Assembly: GCA_002269645.1 (NCBI GenBank)
Contig: NIVC01000137.1
Span: 62,001-126,000 of the forward strand
Direction of reading: 5' to 3'
Origin: Macrostomum lignano
Lineage: Eukaryota
Length of the DNA: 64,000 nt
Below, in pieces: positions 49,365-60,564 of the stretch. The notes beneath the pieces are model-generated. The model searched no databases, had not been told where the DNA came from, and saw nothing but the letters and a program-made list of their open reading frames with translations. Numbering within the stretch: the stretch's first letter is position 1; each line of letters opens with the position of its first letter. The translations under genes were made by a program, and so were the position numbers.

Positions 49365-50139
49365 CAGTTCAATATAGGGATTCGGGGTCTGGGAGCTTCG
49401 TTTTAGTATTTATGAATTGTAATTGGGATGTCTTGGATTCCTAATTGGGATCTGTTAGATTCAGAATTTATATCTGTTAGATTTAAAATTGGGATATTTC
49501 AGATTCAGAATTGGGATCTTTTAAGAGTCAAAATTGGGATATTTAGAATCGGGTTAGTGGTCTTGACGTTTATATATAATCAGTTTAATGATATTAATAA
49601 ATATTTACTACGATATTAGTGACTATATATTCGGTCATAGTGCAGTTACCTATTGTCAATCGAAGTTTTTTTACGAGTACCTAACTCATCCCGATCAACT
49701 TTATCCCGTGCTTAATAACTAAACTTGTGTTAGTCGAATTGATTTTGTGTTATTTAAATTATGATTCATACTATTTACTACTTGCAAATTCAACTTCTGG
49801 TCCGTGTAGCTTTTTAAATTTGATTTAATAAATATGCTGGTTTTGGGATTTTGGAAATAAAATACCAACAATGTTGTTTTTTATAAACTTTTCCTTTCCT
49901 TACTGCGCACTTCGTACTATGATAAGTAGTATGATTAGTTTCTCTACACTCTGATCTCCGTATTTTGTCGATTGATGAAATATAATTGCCAAAAATATGT
50001 AAGCAAGAAACCAACTATTTTTGTGCAATTTATTTTTCTGCTTACTCAAACTTTAACTCGACTTTCTGACTCGTTTGAGCATGTCTGACCTGTGTAGTGC
50101 TTTTTTGACCCAAATTTTGGCTTGTCTGACTTGTGTTAG

Positions 50140-50580
50140 TCTGACCCATATTGTGTTAGTCTGACCCATATTGTGTTAGTCTGACCCATATTGTGTTAGT
50201 CTGACCCATTGTGTTAGTCTGACCCATATTGTGTTAGTCTGACCCTTATTGTGTTATTCTGACCCATATTGTGTTAGTCTGACCCATATTGTGTTAGTCT
50301 GACCCATATTGCGTTAGTCTGACCCATATTGTGTTAGTCTGACCCATATTGTGTTAGTCTGACCCATATTGTGTTAGTCTGACCCATATTGTGTTAGTCT
50401 GACCCATATTGTGTTAGTCTGACCCATATTGTGTTAGTCTGACCCAGTCTGACCCACATTGTGTTATTCTGACCCAGTCTGACCCGCATGGTTAGTCTGA
50501 TCCACATTGTATTAGTCTGACCCAGTCTAACCCACATTGTGTTATTTTGACCCAGTCTGACCCACGTGGTTAGTCTGACC
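50140..50580. repeat. 20-bp minisatellite ATATTGTGTTAGTCTGACCC
   Basis: Tandem units. Confidence 0.95.
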
Positions 50581-51174
50581 CATTCATACAGAGTTGGCCT
50601 GACCTATCAGTTAGCCAATAATGAGTAACGAGTCAATAAAAATCTATTAGCTTACTTTACATATCGTTTCCGGTATTCGCCTATTTTAATCTTCCCTGCT
50701 GCAGGCCTGTTGTAAGCCCTGTGATTTCTTTATTATTGTCGTTTATTTGCGAGTAAGCTTATACTTGACAAATTATATTTTTACGAGTGCTAGAAACACA
50801 AGTTTACTTTCATTACTCATTGGTTTAATGTTCTGTTAAACATAATATTCACTTTTGTTTTCTCAGCAGGTGTTATTAATAATAATATTATTAATATCTA
50901 GTTCTGGTAGATTCGATAAGTAGAGAACGGATCTAATCACAAGCTTAGTGGCGAAATAAATCAAATACATTTGCTAATTGTTTGCTCTCTAAAAATATCC
51001 AATGTCGTTTTGCGATTTGAGAAATTTAGCTTTGTGCTTTGTTCTACTTTTTTGCTAGTTTATTTCACTTTTAAGAAAAATCTGTCTAGCCGTAAACTTA
51101 ATATGCGTCTCATGCTACTAGTCGTATTATTCGAGACATCAAATAGTATGAGAAAATATTGAAAACCATATGGG

Positions 51175-52600
51175 TAGTTCATACCGCAATCCATTTAGTT
51201 TAATCCATTAGTAGTATATACGCAACCTGATTAGACAAATCCACAAGTAGTATGTGCCGCAACTTGTTTAGTCGAATAAAATAAATAGTATATACTACAA
51301 CCTCTAGACAAATCCATAAGTAGTATATGCCGCAAAATATTTGGACAAATCAATAAGTAGTATATACCGAAACCTCTTTAGACAAATCCGTATAAGTAGT
51401 ATATACCGAAACCCATTTAGTCAAATCCATAAGTACGAGTAGTAAATACCGCAACCTATTTAGTCAAATCCATAAGTAGTACATACCGGTAGACCCAGGT
51501 GTACGGTAGACCCAGTAGACTGCCAACCCTGAGGCTGAGCACCCGGGTTGCAGGTCGGCAAGCTGCCTGCATTAGGGCTATGGTGCTCCTCCTTTCTGCC
51601 ATTCTTTTTTTCTGGGCTGGCATCCCAGCGCTGTTTTGTCCCTTAGCTTTGTGCCTTTGTGGCTTTTATTATTTTAACCTTTTATCTGGCCACTAGAAGC
51701 CTTCCAATCTTCGGAGTTATGAGCTCTGCCCTTGCCCGGTCCATCTTGCCCTGTCCTCGGGTCCATCTCCTGGCTCCTGCTGAAGGTCCCTGCTTGCGTG
51801 TCTCTGGCTCTCATCCTGACAGTGGATTGGTGTCCTGGGAAGGATGTTCGTCCCGAACCGGGGACAACCGGCTGAGTCCGGAGTCCTCTGGCCCTGGGTG
51901 CCTCTCTCCCGACCCCTTGGCCTGGCCCCCAATAATGAGCTGGATAGGCGATGCCCTTGGGTTGGTAGCAATAGAGGTGGACGGTCTTCCCGCCTGGAGT
52001 CTCCCCCTCGGATACAAGCCTTCCAGACTCACTCCAAAATAGAGCTGGGTAGTGAAAAGCCTTGAGGCTCGAGACCTACAGGGGCCTGCACCCCCGGTAT
52101 AGGATCGCTCTTGGTAACTAGCTGCCCAGACTCGCTCCAATAGTTTAAGCCATTTCCGCAGGTTTAGGAGTAATTCCTCACTCGGACCGCTTTTCTCAGT
52201 AGTATTCCAAGCATTTCGCTTTCCAATTTTTCTGCGCACTCCCAAAGACTCGCTAGCTGGGGGGTGGCCTGGGTGGACTCGGTCCTAGCACCGTCCCTGA
52301 TTCCACTGTTTGGTTTGGCGGTGTCTTGTACCATAGGCTTGGGTCTAACTCGCCTCCCCGCGCTTTAAGCCGGGTCCAATTCCCATTCTCTCGGGGTAAC
52401 TCGGGCCCTGGACAGCTAATGCCTTGGCCCCTGGTAGTGCCCCTCGCAGCAGAGCCCTTCTTTGGGCTGATCCGCGGGTCCCCCTTAGGACCCTTTTCGT
52501 TTAACAACAACAACAAGTAGTACATACCGCAACCTATTTAGACAAATCAATAAGTAGTATATACCGCAAATCGACTAAACGAAACTATCATCAGAAGTAT
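51175..52600. repeat. Degenerate ~35-bp tandem array (AAATCCATAAGTAGTATATACCGCAACC...) interrupted by the insertion at 51489-52514
   Basis: Units continue on both sides of the insertion. Confidence 0.85.
51489..52514 (+). mobile_element. ~1.03-kb non-LTR retroposon-like insertion (non-autonomous or truncated)
   Basis: 15-bp TSD AAGTAGTACATACCG (51474-51488 and 52515-52529), (AAC)n 3' tail, 3' hairpins AGCCC/GGGCT and GGGTCC/GGACCC, GC-rich against AT-rich flanks. No recognisable RT motif. Confidence 0.8.
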
Positions 52601-52633
52601 AAGTCTGTAAATATAAAAATCAATATAAGTAGC

Positions 52634-55600
52634 ATGTATCGCATAGTTACAACTCTAAGTAGTATCTATAGCGCATGCAAATTATTTCTGAGAGGCACTC
52701 TAGGCATCGGACCGCCCAGTCGCCTGGTGGCCGCGCCGCTGCCGCCATCAGCCGACTACTACCGGCACCGACGAATTCGCCGTCGCCGTCGTAAGAGGTT
52801 ATTTCGCCGTCGGCTCGCCAACAGACTGTCGGGCTTCGGCTGTTTAATTGCGTCGGCTCTGCTTAGCGCGTTCGGTGGTCACCTGGCCAGGTTGATTGTC
52901 GACGCTGTTCATCGTCGACATACAAGACCGTCGGACTTGTCGGCGGTATTGTCGAATTTTACAATGTCAACAGACGGTCCGGAGCCCAGTACTCTGGCTA
53001 ATTCGGATCGGCCGTTTCTAGTGGTGTACACATCCGCTAGTCTGATGTCACTGCTGTTGATCGGGTTCTCCTTCCTGCCGGATTGGTGGCAGCAGCGGAG
53101 ATTGTTGTATTCTTCTAGGCGTCGGCCGGAGCGGCAGCGCCAGCGACCAGCTGTAGTTGACGCTAGCGATGTACAGATTGGCGAAGGCGTGACTGGCTAT
53201 GATAATCTGGCGACTGTTGAAGAAGCCGCTGAAAAAGCTGAGGAAGCAAAGATGGTGAATAAAATTTTGGTAGTGACAGTGCTCCGTTGATAGGAAGGTC
53301 AGTCTGAGGTCAACACATATCAACCTGAGGTCAATCCAGATAACAACCTGAGGTCAATCCAGATAACAATTAACCTGAGGTCAATCCAGATATCAATCTG
53401 AGGCCAATCTACTTGAGGTCAATCCAGATAACAACCTGAGGTCAATCCAGATAACAACCTGAGGTCAATCCAGATATCAATCTGAGGTCAATCCAGATAT
53501 CAACCTGAGGTCAATCCAGATAACAACCTGAGGTCAATCCAGATAACAATTAACCTGAGGTCAATCCAGATATCAATCTGAGGCCAATCTACTTGAGGTC
53601 AATCCAGATAACAACCTGAGGTCAATCCAGATAACAACCTGAGGTCAATCCAGATATCAATCTGAGGTCAATCCAGATATCAATCTGAGGCCAATCTACT
53701 TGAGATCAATCCAGATAACAACCTGAGGTCAATCCAGATAACAACCTGAGGTCAATCCAGATAACAACCTGAGGTCAACACAGATATCAATCTGAGGTCA
53801 ATCCAGATATCAATCTGAGGTCAATCCAGATAACAACCTGAGGTCAATCCAGATATTAACTCGAGGTCAGATCGTTAATTCTAACGTCAACCCAGGGGTC
53901 ATCTGAGGTCAATTTACTGTTAGTACTGTATGTAATCCAACCCTCTTTTCCTCTCTCAGAGCGACCCCCATTTTGTGCCGGTCCAATTCGACTCTAGCAG
54001 CACGGAGGCGGAGCTGTACTCCAGTCTGAACGCCGAATATGCTTCGCCTGCCCCATCGGCCCCGGGAGCATTCGTTGCCGCCGATGAAGCTTCCCCCCTG
54101 CTGCCGCAGTCTCAGCCTCTGCATGAGGCCAGGCGAGCTCGTGGCGTTCGATTCTCTCGAATCTCGGAGGTTCGCCAGCTAAGCGAAAGTGAAGCCCACG
54201 CCGCCTCGATGGCGAGAATGTCCTATCAGGCCTACCAGCGAGCCTTGGAATCGTCGCTAGAAGTCACCGACGAGTTGGACGAATTCGACGAAGACGAGTT
54301 GGATTACGATGATTTTGAGCACGATTTTGACGACGAGAATGTCGAGTTCAATGCCGATGCTGAGGTGTCGCCGGCGAGCGAGGCAGCTGAAGCGACTCCG
54401 ACGGATCCAGCGTCTGCCGCAGCTGGAACTCTGTCACTGGTGGAAACTGTCAAGGTGAGCGTTTGGAGACTGCCGATATGTATCGAAAAGAATATAACTA
54501 TGTATCTGCTCTAATTTTCAATAGCGGGTTATAACACGCGTTTAGCCTTTTGCTATCCTAAATCTCAATTTCTTGATGTACTGGTATCTGTAACAAAGAC
54601 ACGAGAATCAATCTTCTCGCAATAGTCATGGCTGCGGCAGGGGTGGCTTCTCTCAACTTCTGGCGAAAGTTCTGAATAAAGACTGGCTTCTGAAGTAGGT
54701 AGGAGTTTTGGTTGTAACGGAGCTTGCAGCTGCGTATATATCAATCGCTCCTGCATACATTTATATTTACGTTAGCTGGTTAAGCCCTAGGGTATCGCTA
54801 CCCCAGGCCCAGCTAGCCAAAGTTACGAGTCCTAAAAGTTACAAAGCGTGCCGGGGTCGCGATTGGAGGAGGGAGAGTACACATTAGACCGCCAACCAAT
54901 CGCAGGGCGAGCGAGGGGCGCACTGGGGCTGCAGTCAGCCGAGACAGAATGGGGGAGGGGGTTGACGCAAGCACGCGGCCGGGAGGGGTAGGAGTGCAGT
55001 GCTCATCGGTGCAAATGTACCCGGGCACAGCATGTATTATTGAATTCTGCGAAAACATCCGATTTAAAAAGTCTTTTACGAAATAAAAACTGGTAATTGG
55101 CATGTTGACTATCGATCTACCGATATCTACCGATATGTGAGCTCATTATCACAGTGCACTCAATACCTATCCGATATGTGTCGAAAGAAACGAAAAGCAA
55201 TTTTTGGCAGTTTTTAATCGCATAGCTTAACTATGATAGCATCGAATTTAAATGGTGACCGATATGTATCGAAAATAATTATAGTCCCCTCATTGCCCCC
55301 CACCACCACAGCTGGCGCTAGTGTTCGCACCGCTCTGGTTCGTATCCACCTGGTGCCTGCTGGAGTCCCAGCGCCAAGCCCTGTCAACTCAAACAGCTGT
55401 CGCCTTTGTCTCGGCCGCTGTGGCGCCTGTGGCGGCGCTTCTGCTGGCCGGACTCTTTCCGTCAGTGGCGCCGGACACTAGTGGTCGCCGAGGCGGCAGA
55501 AGAACCGGCAGCGCTGAGGCGGACGCCGCCACGCTCAGCAAAGCGGCCTGCGTCCTGGCCGGCGTCGCTGGTGCCCTGCTGATCGCCTGGCCGCAGCTGC

Positions 55601-57897
55601 TCGCATGGCGGCATCTCTTTGTTGGCGCCTCCACCGGCAGCGGTCTGTGGGGCTCCGTTCTAGCAGCGCTTGGCGCCCTGTGCGTCGCTTTAAGCCTCGT
55701 TGGGCTCAGGCGTCGGGCGCCACTGCTGCGGTCGCTGCCCTCCTTAGCGATGTTCTTTGGTAAGTCATGATCTCATTTACTGGCGTGTTGATGACGTCAT
55801 TCTCGGTTTGGTTGATGAAGTCACTCTGGTGTGTTTATGGCGTCATTCTCAGGTGTGTTGATGACGTCATTATCAGGTGAGTTGATGACGTCATTATCAG
55901 GTGAGTTGATGACGTCATTCTCAGGTGTGTTGATAAGGGCATTCTCGGTGGGATCATAGGGTTATTCTGAGGTGGGATCATAGGGTTATTCTGAGGTGGG
56001 ATCATAGGGTTATTCTGAGGTGGGATCATGAGTCATTCGGCATGCAAGCAGCTGCTCAGCCTGCTACTCCTGATTCCAACTGGATCCCGCAACTGTGCTC
56101 AGGCTTCATCGGTGCAGTCAGCTGCCTGACCATGTGGCCCGGCTTCTTCATCCTGCACTACTCCCGGCTGGAACAGTTCCAATTGCCCAACGCCACCAAC
56201 TGGGGCAGGTTCGTCTTCCACGGCTTGACTGGCGTGGCGCTGTCCGAGTTCCTGCTGGTGCTGTGAGTTCTGTAAACTTATTTAAAGATTCTCTTTTAAT
56301 CTCAATTACGAGTGTATTTTAAATTTATAAGTGGCTACGACTTTTCACACTGCAGCGGTTGCTACCTGACCAACAGCCTGGCAGCTTGCATGTCCTGCAC
56401 CCTTGCCGTGCCGCTGGCCTGTGTGGCTGGCATTGCTTTCTTTCACAGGGTGAGATGCCTGTTTTTTATTGATTTTGGCCTCTGGCTGCCTTCCATAGCT
56501 GTTCACCGCCAGCCTCCCAGATCCCCAGTTGCTGGGCCAGCTTCCCAGATCCCCAGTTGCTGGGCCAGCCTCCCATATCCCCAGTTGCTGGGCCAGCCTC
56601 CCATATCCCCAGTTGCTGGGCCAGCCTCCCAGATCTTCAGTTGCTGAGCCAGTCTCCCAGATCCTCAGTTGGTGGGCCAGCCTCCCATATCCCCAGTTGC
56701 TGGGCCAGCCTCCCAGATCCTCAGTTGCTGGGCCAGCCTCCCATATCCCCAGTTGCTGGGCCAGCCTCCCAGATCCTCATTTTCTGGGCCAGCCTCCCAG
56801 ATCCCCAGTTGCTGGGCCAGCCTCCCAGATCCTCAGTTGCTGGGCCAGCCTCCCATATCCCCAGTTGCTGGGCCAGCCTCCCAGATCTTCAGTTGCTGAG
56901 CCAGCCTCCCAGATCCTCAGTTGCTGGGCCACCAGCCTCCCAGATCCTCAGTTGGTGGGCCAGTCTCCCAGATCCTCAGTTGCTGGGCCAGCCTCCCAGA
57001 TCCTCAGTTGCTGGGCCAGTCTCCCAGATCCTCAGTTGGTGGGCCAGCCTCCCAGATCCTCAGTTGCTGGGCCAGCCTCCCAGATCCTCAGTTGCTGGGC
57101 CAGCCTTCCAGATCCTCAGTTGGTGGGCCAGCCTCCCAGATCCCCAGTTGCTGGGCCAGTCTCCCAGATCCTCATTTGCTGGGCCAGCCTCCCAGATCCT
57201 CAGTTTCTGGGCCAGTCTCCCAGATCCTCAGTTGGTGGGCCAGCCTCCCAGATCCCCAGTTGGTGGGCCAGCCTCCCAGATCCTCAGTTGCTAAGCCAGC
57301 CTCCCAGATCCCCAGTTGCTGGGCCAGCCTCCCAGATCCTCAGTTGCTGGGCCAGTCTCCCAGATCCCCAGTTGGTGGGCCAGCCTCCCAGATCCTCAGT
57401 TGGTGGGCCAGCCTCCCAGATCCCCAGTTGCTGGGCCAGCCTCCCAGATCCCCAGTTGCTGGGCCAGCCTCCCAGATCCCCAGTTGCTGGGCCAGCCTCC
57501 CAGATGCTCCTGCACGGTCGCCACCCCGCAGCCCGGCTCAGAGATTTGGCGCCTCTCAGTCGGCGGCCCGCTGACAGTCCTGGCATTCGTTGCCGCCCTG
57601 TGGCTGCCGCGAGTCGGCGACCCCCTGCTGAGCGCCGTCATCGCCTTCCGCGACCTGACGGCCGGCCCGGCCGGCGTGCTGACCGCGTCATCAACTGCTA
57701 TCAACGACTCCGGCGACTCCGACGGCAGCTTCGACGCCGACAACAACGCGATCGGCTACAACGACGACAGTGATGGCGAGCGACTGTCCCGACGTCAGCA
57801 GCGACGTTCCCGACGAATTGTCCGGCACTCGGCGTCGGCAGTCGCGGCTTCCTCCGTTGCCGGGCCATCGACCTCTGCTGGAGGCTCGCTGTTGTAG
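52634..57897 (+). CDS. SLC35F5: Solute carrier SLC35F5-like; exons ~52634-53254, 53960-54454, 55312-55759, 56103-56262, 56356-56449, 57532-57897 (start uncertain)
   Basis: RPFLVVYTS, SDPHFVPVQF, VRFSRISEVRQL...ARMSY, GFIGAVSCLTMWPGFFILHYS, GVALSEFL, GCYLTNSL. Junction phases are consistent. Confidence 0.88.
53300..53865. repeat. 23-bp minisatellite CAACCTGAGGTCAATCCAGATAA in SLC35F5 intron 1
   Basis: Tandem units with a higher-order duplication. Confidence 0.94.
55790..56030. repeat. Short 24-bp minisatellites in SLC35F5 intron 3
   Basis: GTTGATGACGTCATT... and GGTGGGATCATAGGGTTATTCTGA units. Confidence 0.85.
56508..57503. repeat. 28-bp minisatellite (TMEM17-flank family) in the last SLC35F5 intron
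   Basis: Tandem units; accounts for the 414-aa ORF. Confidence 0.96.
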
Positions 57898-60222
57898 CGC
57901 GAATTAATTTAATGCAAATGTTACACTTTTTGTAAATATGCCGATATGTATCGAAAAGAACATTTTAGAGCGATATTTGTGTATCGTTTTTTAGCTTATT
58001 ATTTAATTAAGTTTTTATGCAGTATCAGTATGTTTATATAATATCGTTTTGGCCTTTCGGCTTTTGTTGAATTGTTATTTCTATAGTATATGAAGCATAC
58101 GATATATATCGAAAACAACTTCCCAGTCGGAAAGAAGTTTAATTATTTTTTCAACTGCTTATGTCCTTGATAATTCCTATTTTATGAAGAAATATTCAGG
58201 GGTGGTGCATTGTCCATTGAAGCCTTCAAAGCGCCGCTCAAATGCCATTCTAAAAGTTTATTTAGTTAATTTCATTCCGCGGACTGCTCTTTATTCTATG
58301 CTTCCATTGTCCTCGCTCTAGCTAATTACCGATCTATTTTGTACATAATATTCCAGTCGAGTCACTTCTCATTACCTGTATATATGGAGGCCTCTAAATT
58401 CCGGATTTTTCTACGAAAGATTTTACAATAATGCGGTTCACATTTTAACTGATGATTGCCGAATCGGAGCTTTTGTATTTTGTCGAATTTGCGTGGGCGG
58501 TGTTTAATGAACATATCGGTAGACAATGTGCAATAGTCTACTCGTACCAGGGCATGCATCCATTAATTCAATCGTGCTGATTGATTGTAATCAACCATTT
58601 TCGGCATAAATACTACTGTTGAGTAGTATCTGAGCCGACTGCTTTTGTGCCACTCCAACTAGATTTTGTATTATTGATTGAAATTTGACTCCCTTGCTTC
58701 GCTTCGCCAATGATGGCAATTTTTTACATTTTTGCAGAAGTATTTCTATTCCGAAGGTACACACATTAAAAGCACGGTCAAAATACATGTAATTGCAGTG
58801 AGTGAAACATTTTTTAGGAAATGCAATTCTAGAAATTCTCACATTCTCCATTAATTAATCATTTTACTATACTACTTTTAGTAGATTTCCGAAAATGACG
58901 GAGTCGACAAACGAACAAACGGATTTTTCAATGCCGAAACAAATTGATGGGTTGGGCAAACGTCACCGCTTGATGGAGGCGATACTGTTTTATTATTCAA
59001 CCGGATAGCATACGGCTTAAAGGGATTCGGAGACAAAAGCAAAATGAATGGAATTCATTAGCGCGGACTCATTCTCCACACCAATCCGACCCATGCTTTG
59101 TTTATGATTCAATGGCGGCTGAGGAGTTATGGCCTGTAAGACGGGATTGCAGAAAAAAGCATTGGAGCTGTGAAATTATAAGCAGTCGACAAGCATAAGT
59201 ATAAATAATATTTAGTTATTCAGTATACTAGAATTAAAAAAAGAAAGATCGAGGCCTGAATAGGCGGGTGAACGGCGGGCTGGCACCGACTGCTTAGCGC
59301 GGCAGCTGCAGGTGCGCGCGCTTTTTTAGAAGACGAAAAAGTAGACAAGGTATTGAATATAACTGCTTGAAGCAGGGACTTAACGGTGAATTCAAAGGGA
59401 TTACAATTGATGCATTGAACAATTGGTAGTCAATTTGCTATACAATTCTAAGCGGATATTTGAATTGGAACTTACCATGTTTGTTGAATAATCAATATTT
59501 GCGATTCTAATGTCCTTGCTACACTACTGAGTCATCAATTATAAGTAGCGAAGTTGTTTTTTTTTGTTATTAAAAAAGTACGATCATAATTTATTGACGA
59601 AACAAAGACCAAGGCTTAAAGGATAACAAAGAGCACAGGACTCCCACGGTTTGGGGAGTGATATCAATATAACAGACTACTATATTATTATTATTATTTC
59701 AATATATAATTTGTCAGATAAAGCAAAGTTGAAATAAAGTACGACCGACAAGTTACTTGCTAATTATTATTTATTAATAATATAATGCTATTTAAGATTG
59801 ACAGTTAAGTTAGCAAATATTCGGGCACACGATAAATTTAGCAATGCACTGACAAATATAGCAATATTTATTATTGTGAAAAATTAATGCACGCAGGTAG
59901 AGAGCCACTAAACTTAGCAATTCTGAATAGCCATGTTGTTTAAGTGCGCTGAGAGTTAAACTTCGCCTTCGCGGTTATTTAAATTTTTTCTGCTTCACAA
60001 AAATGGTTGCACAAACTGGGACTTCAAATTTATTAATAATTAATGAACTTGGGTTATCGAAGTGTTGGGTTGAGTTTTTGCTCTTGCGACAGACCGGCGG
60101 AATAACAACTGAAATTGTAATTTTAGAACCGAAGAGCTCGGGCTTGGATTGGTGACAACATGGATGAACACGAAAATCATTAGTTGAAGTCTTTCGCTAG
60201 TCTGGGCCGCCAGGCTGTGGCC

Positions 60223-60511
60223 TCACTTGCCGGGCAGGTTGTACTTCACGTAGGGCACGTCAACGTCTTCGCCTTCGCTGTCGTTGCAGGACAGCTCGAT
60301 GACCAGGCTCTTGACGTGCGCCGGGATTGGCTTCTTGGTGACCTCCTCCACCACTTTGGAGATCCTGCGGTTGCGGGGACGGGAGGGACAGCTGAGCGGC
60401 TGGGACTCTTGAGGATTCACTGACAGACTGCGGACACTGATAGAGACAGACAGGCAGGCAGGCAGGCAGACAGACAGGCAGACAGTCAGACAGGCAGACA
60501 GTCAGACAGGC

Positions 60512-60564
<53 letters not shown>

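Noticed and set aside
57496-57531. Minisatellite-derived acceptor CCTCCCAG at 57503 for the last SLC35F5 exon
   Set aside because: It is in the wrong phase; the acceptor at 57531 gives the in-frame family-like sequence.
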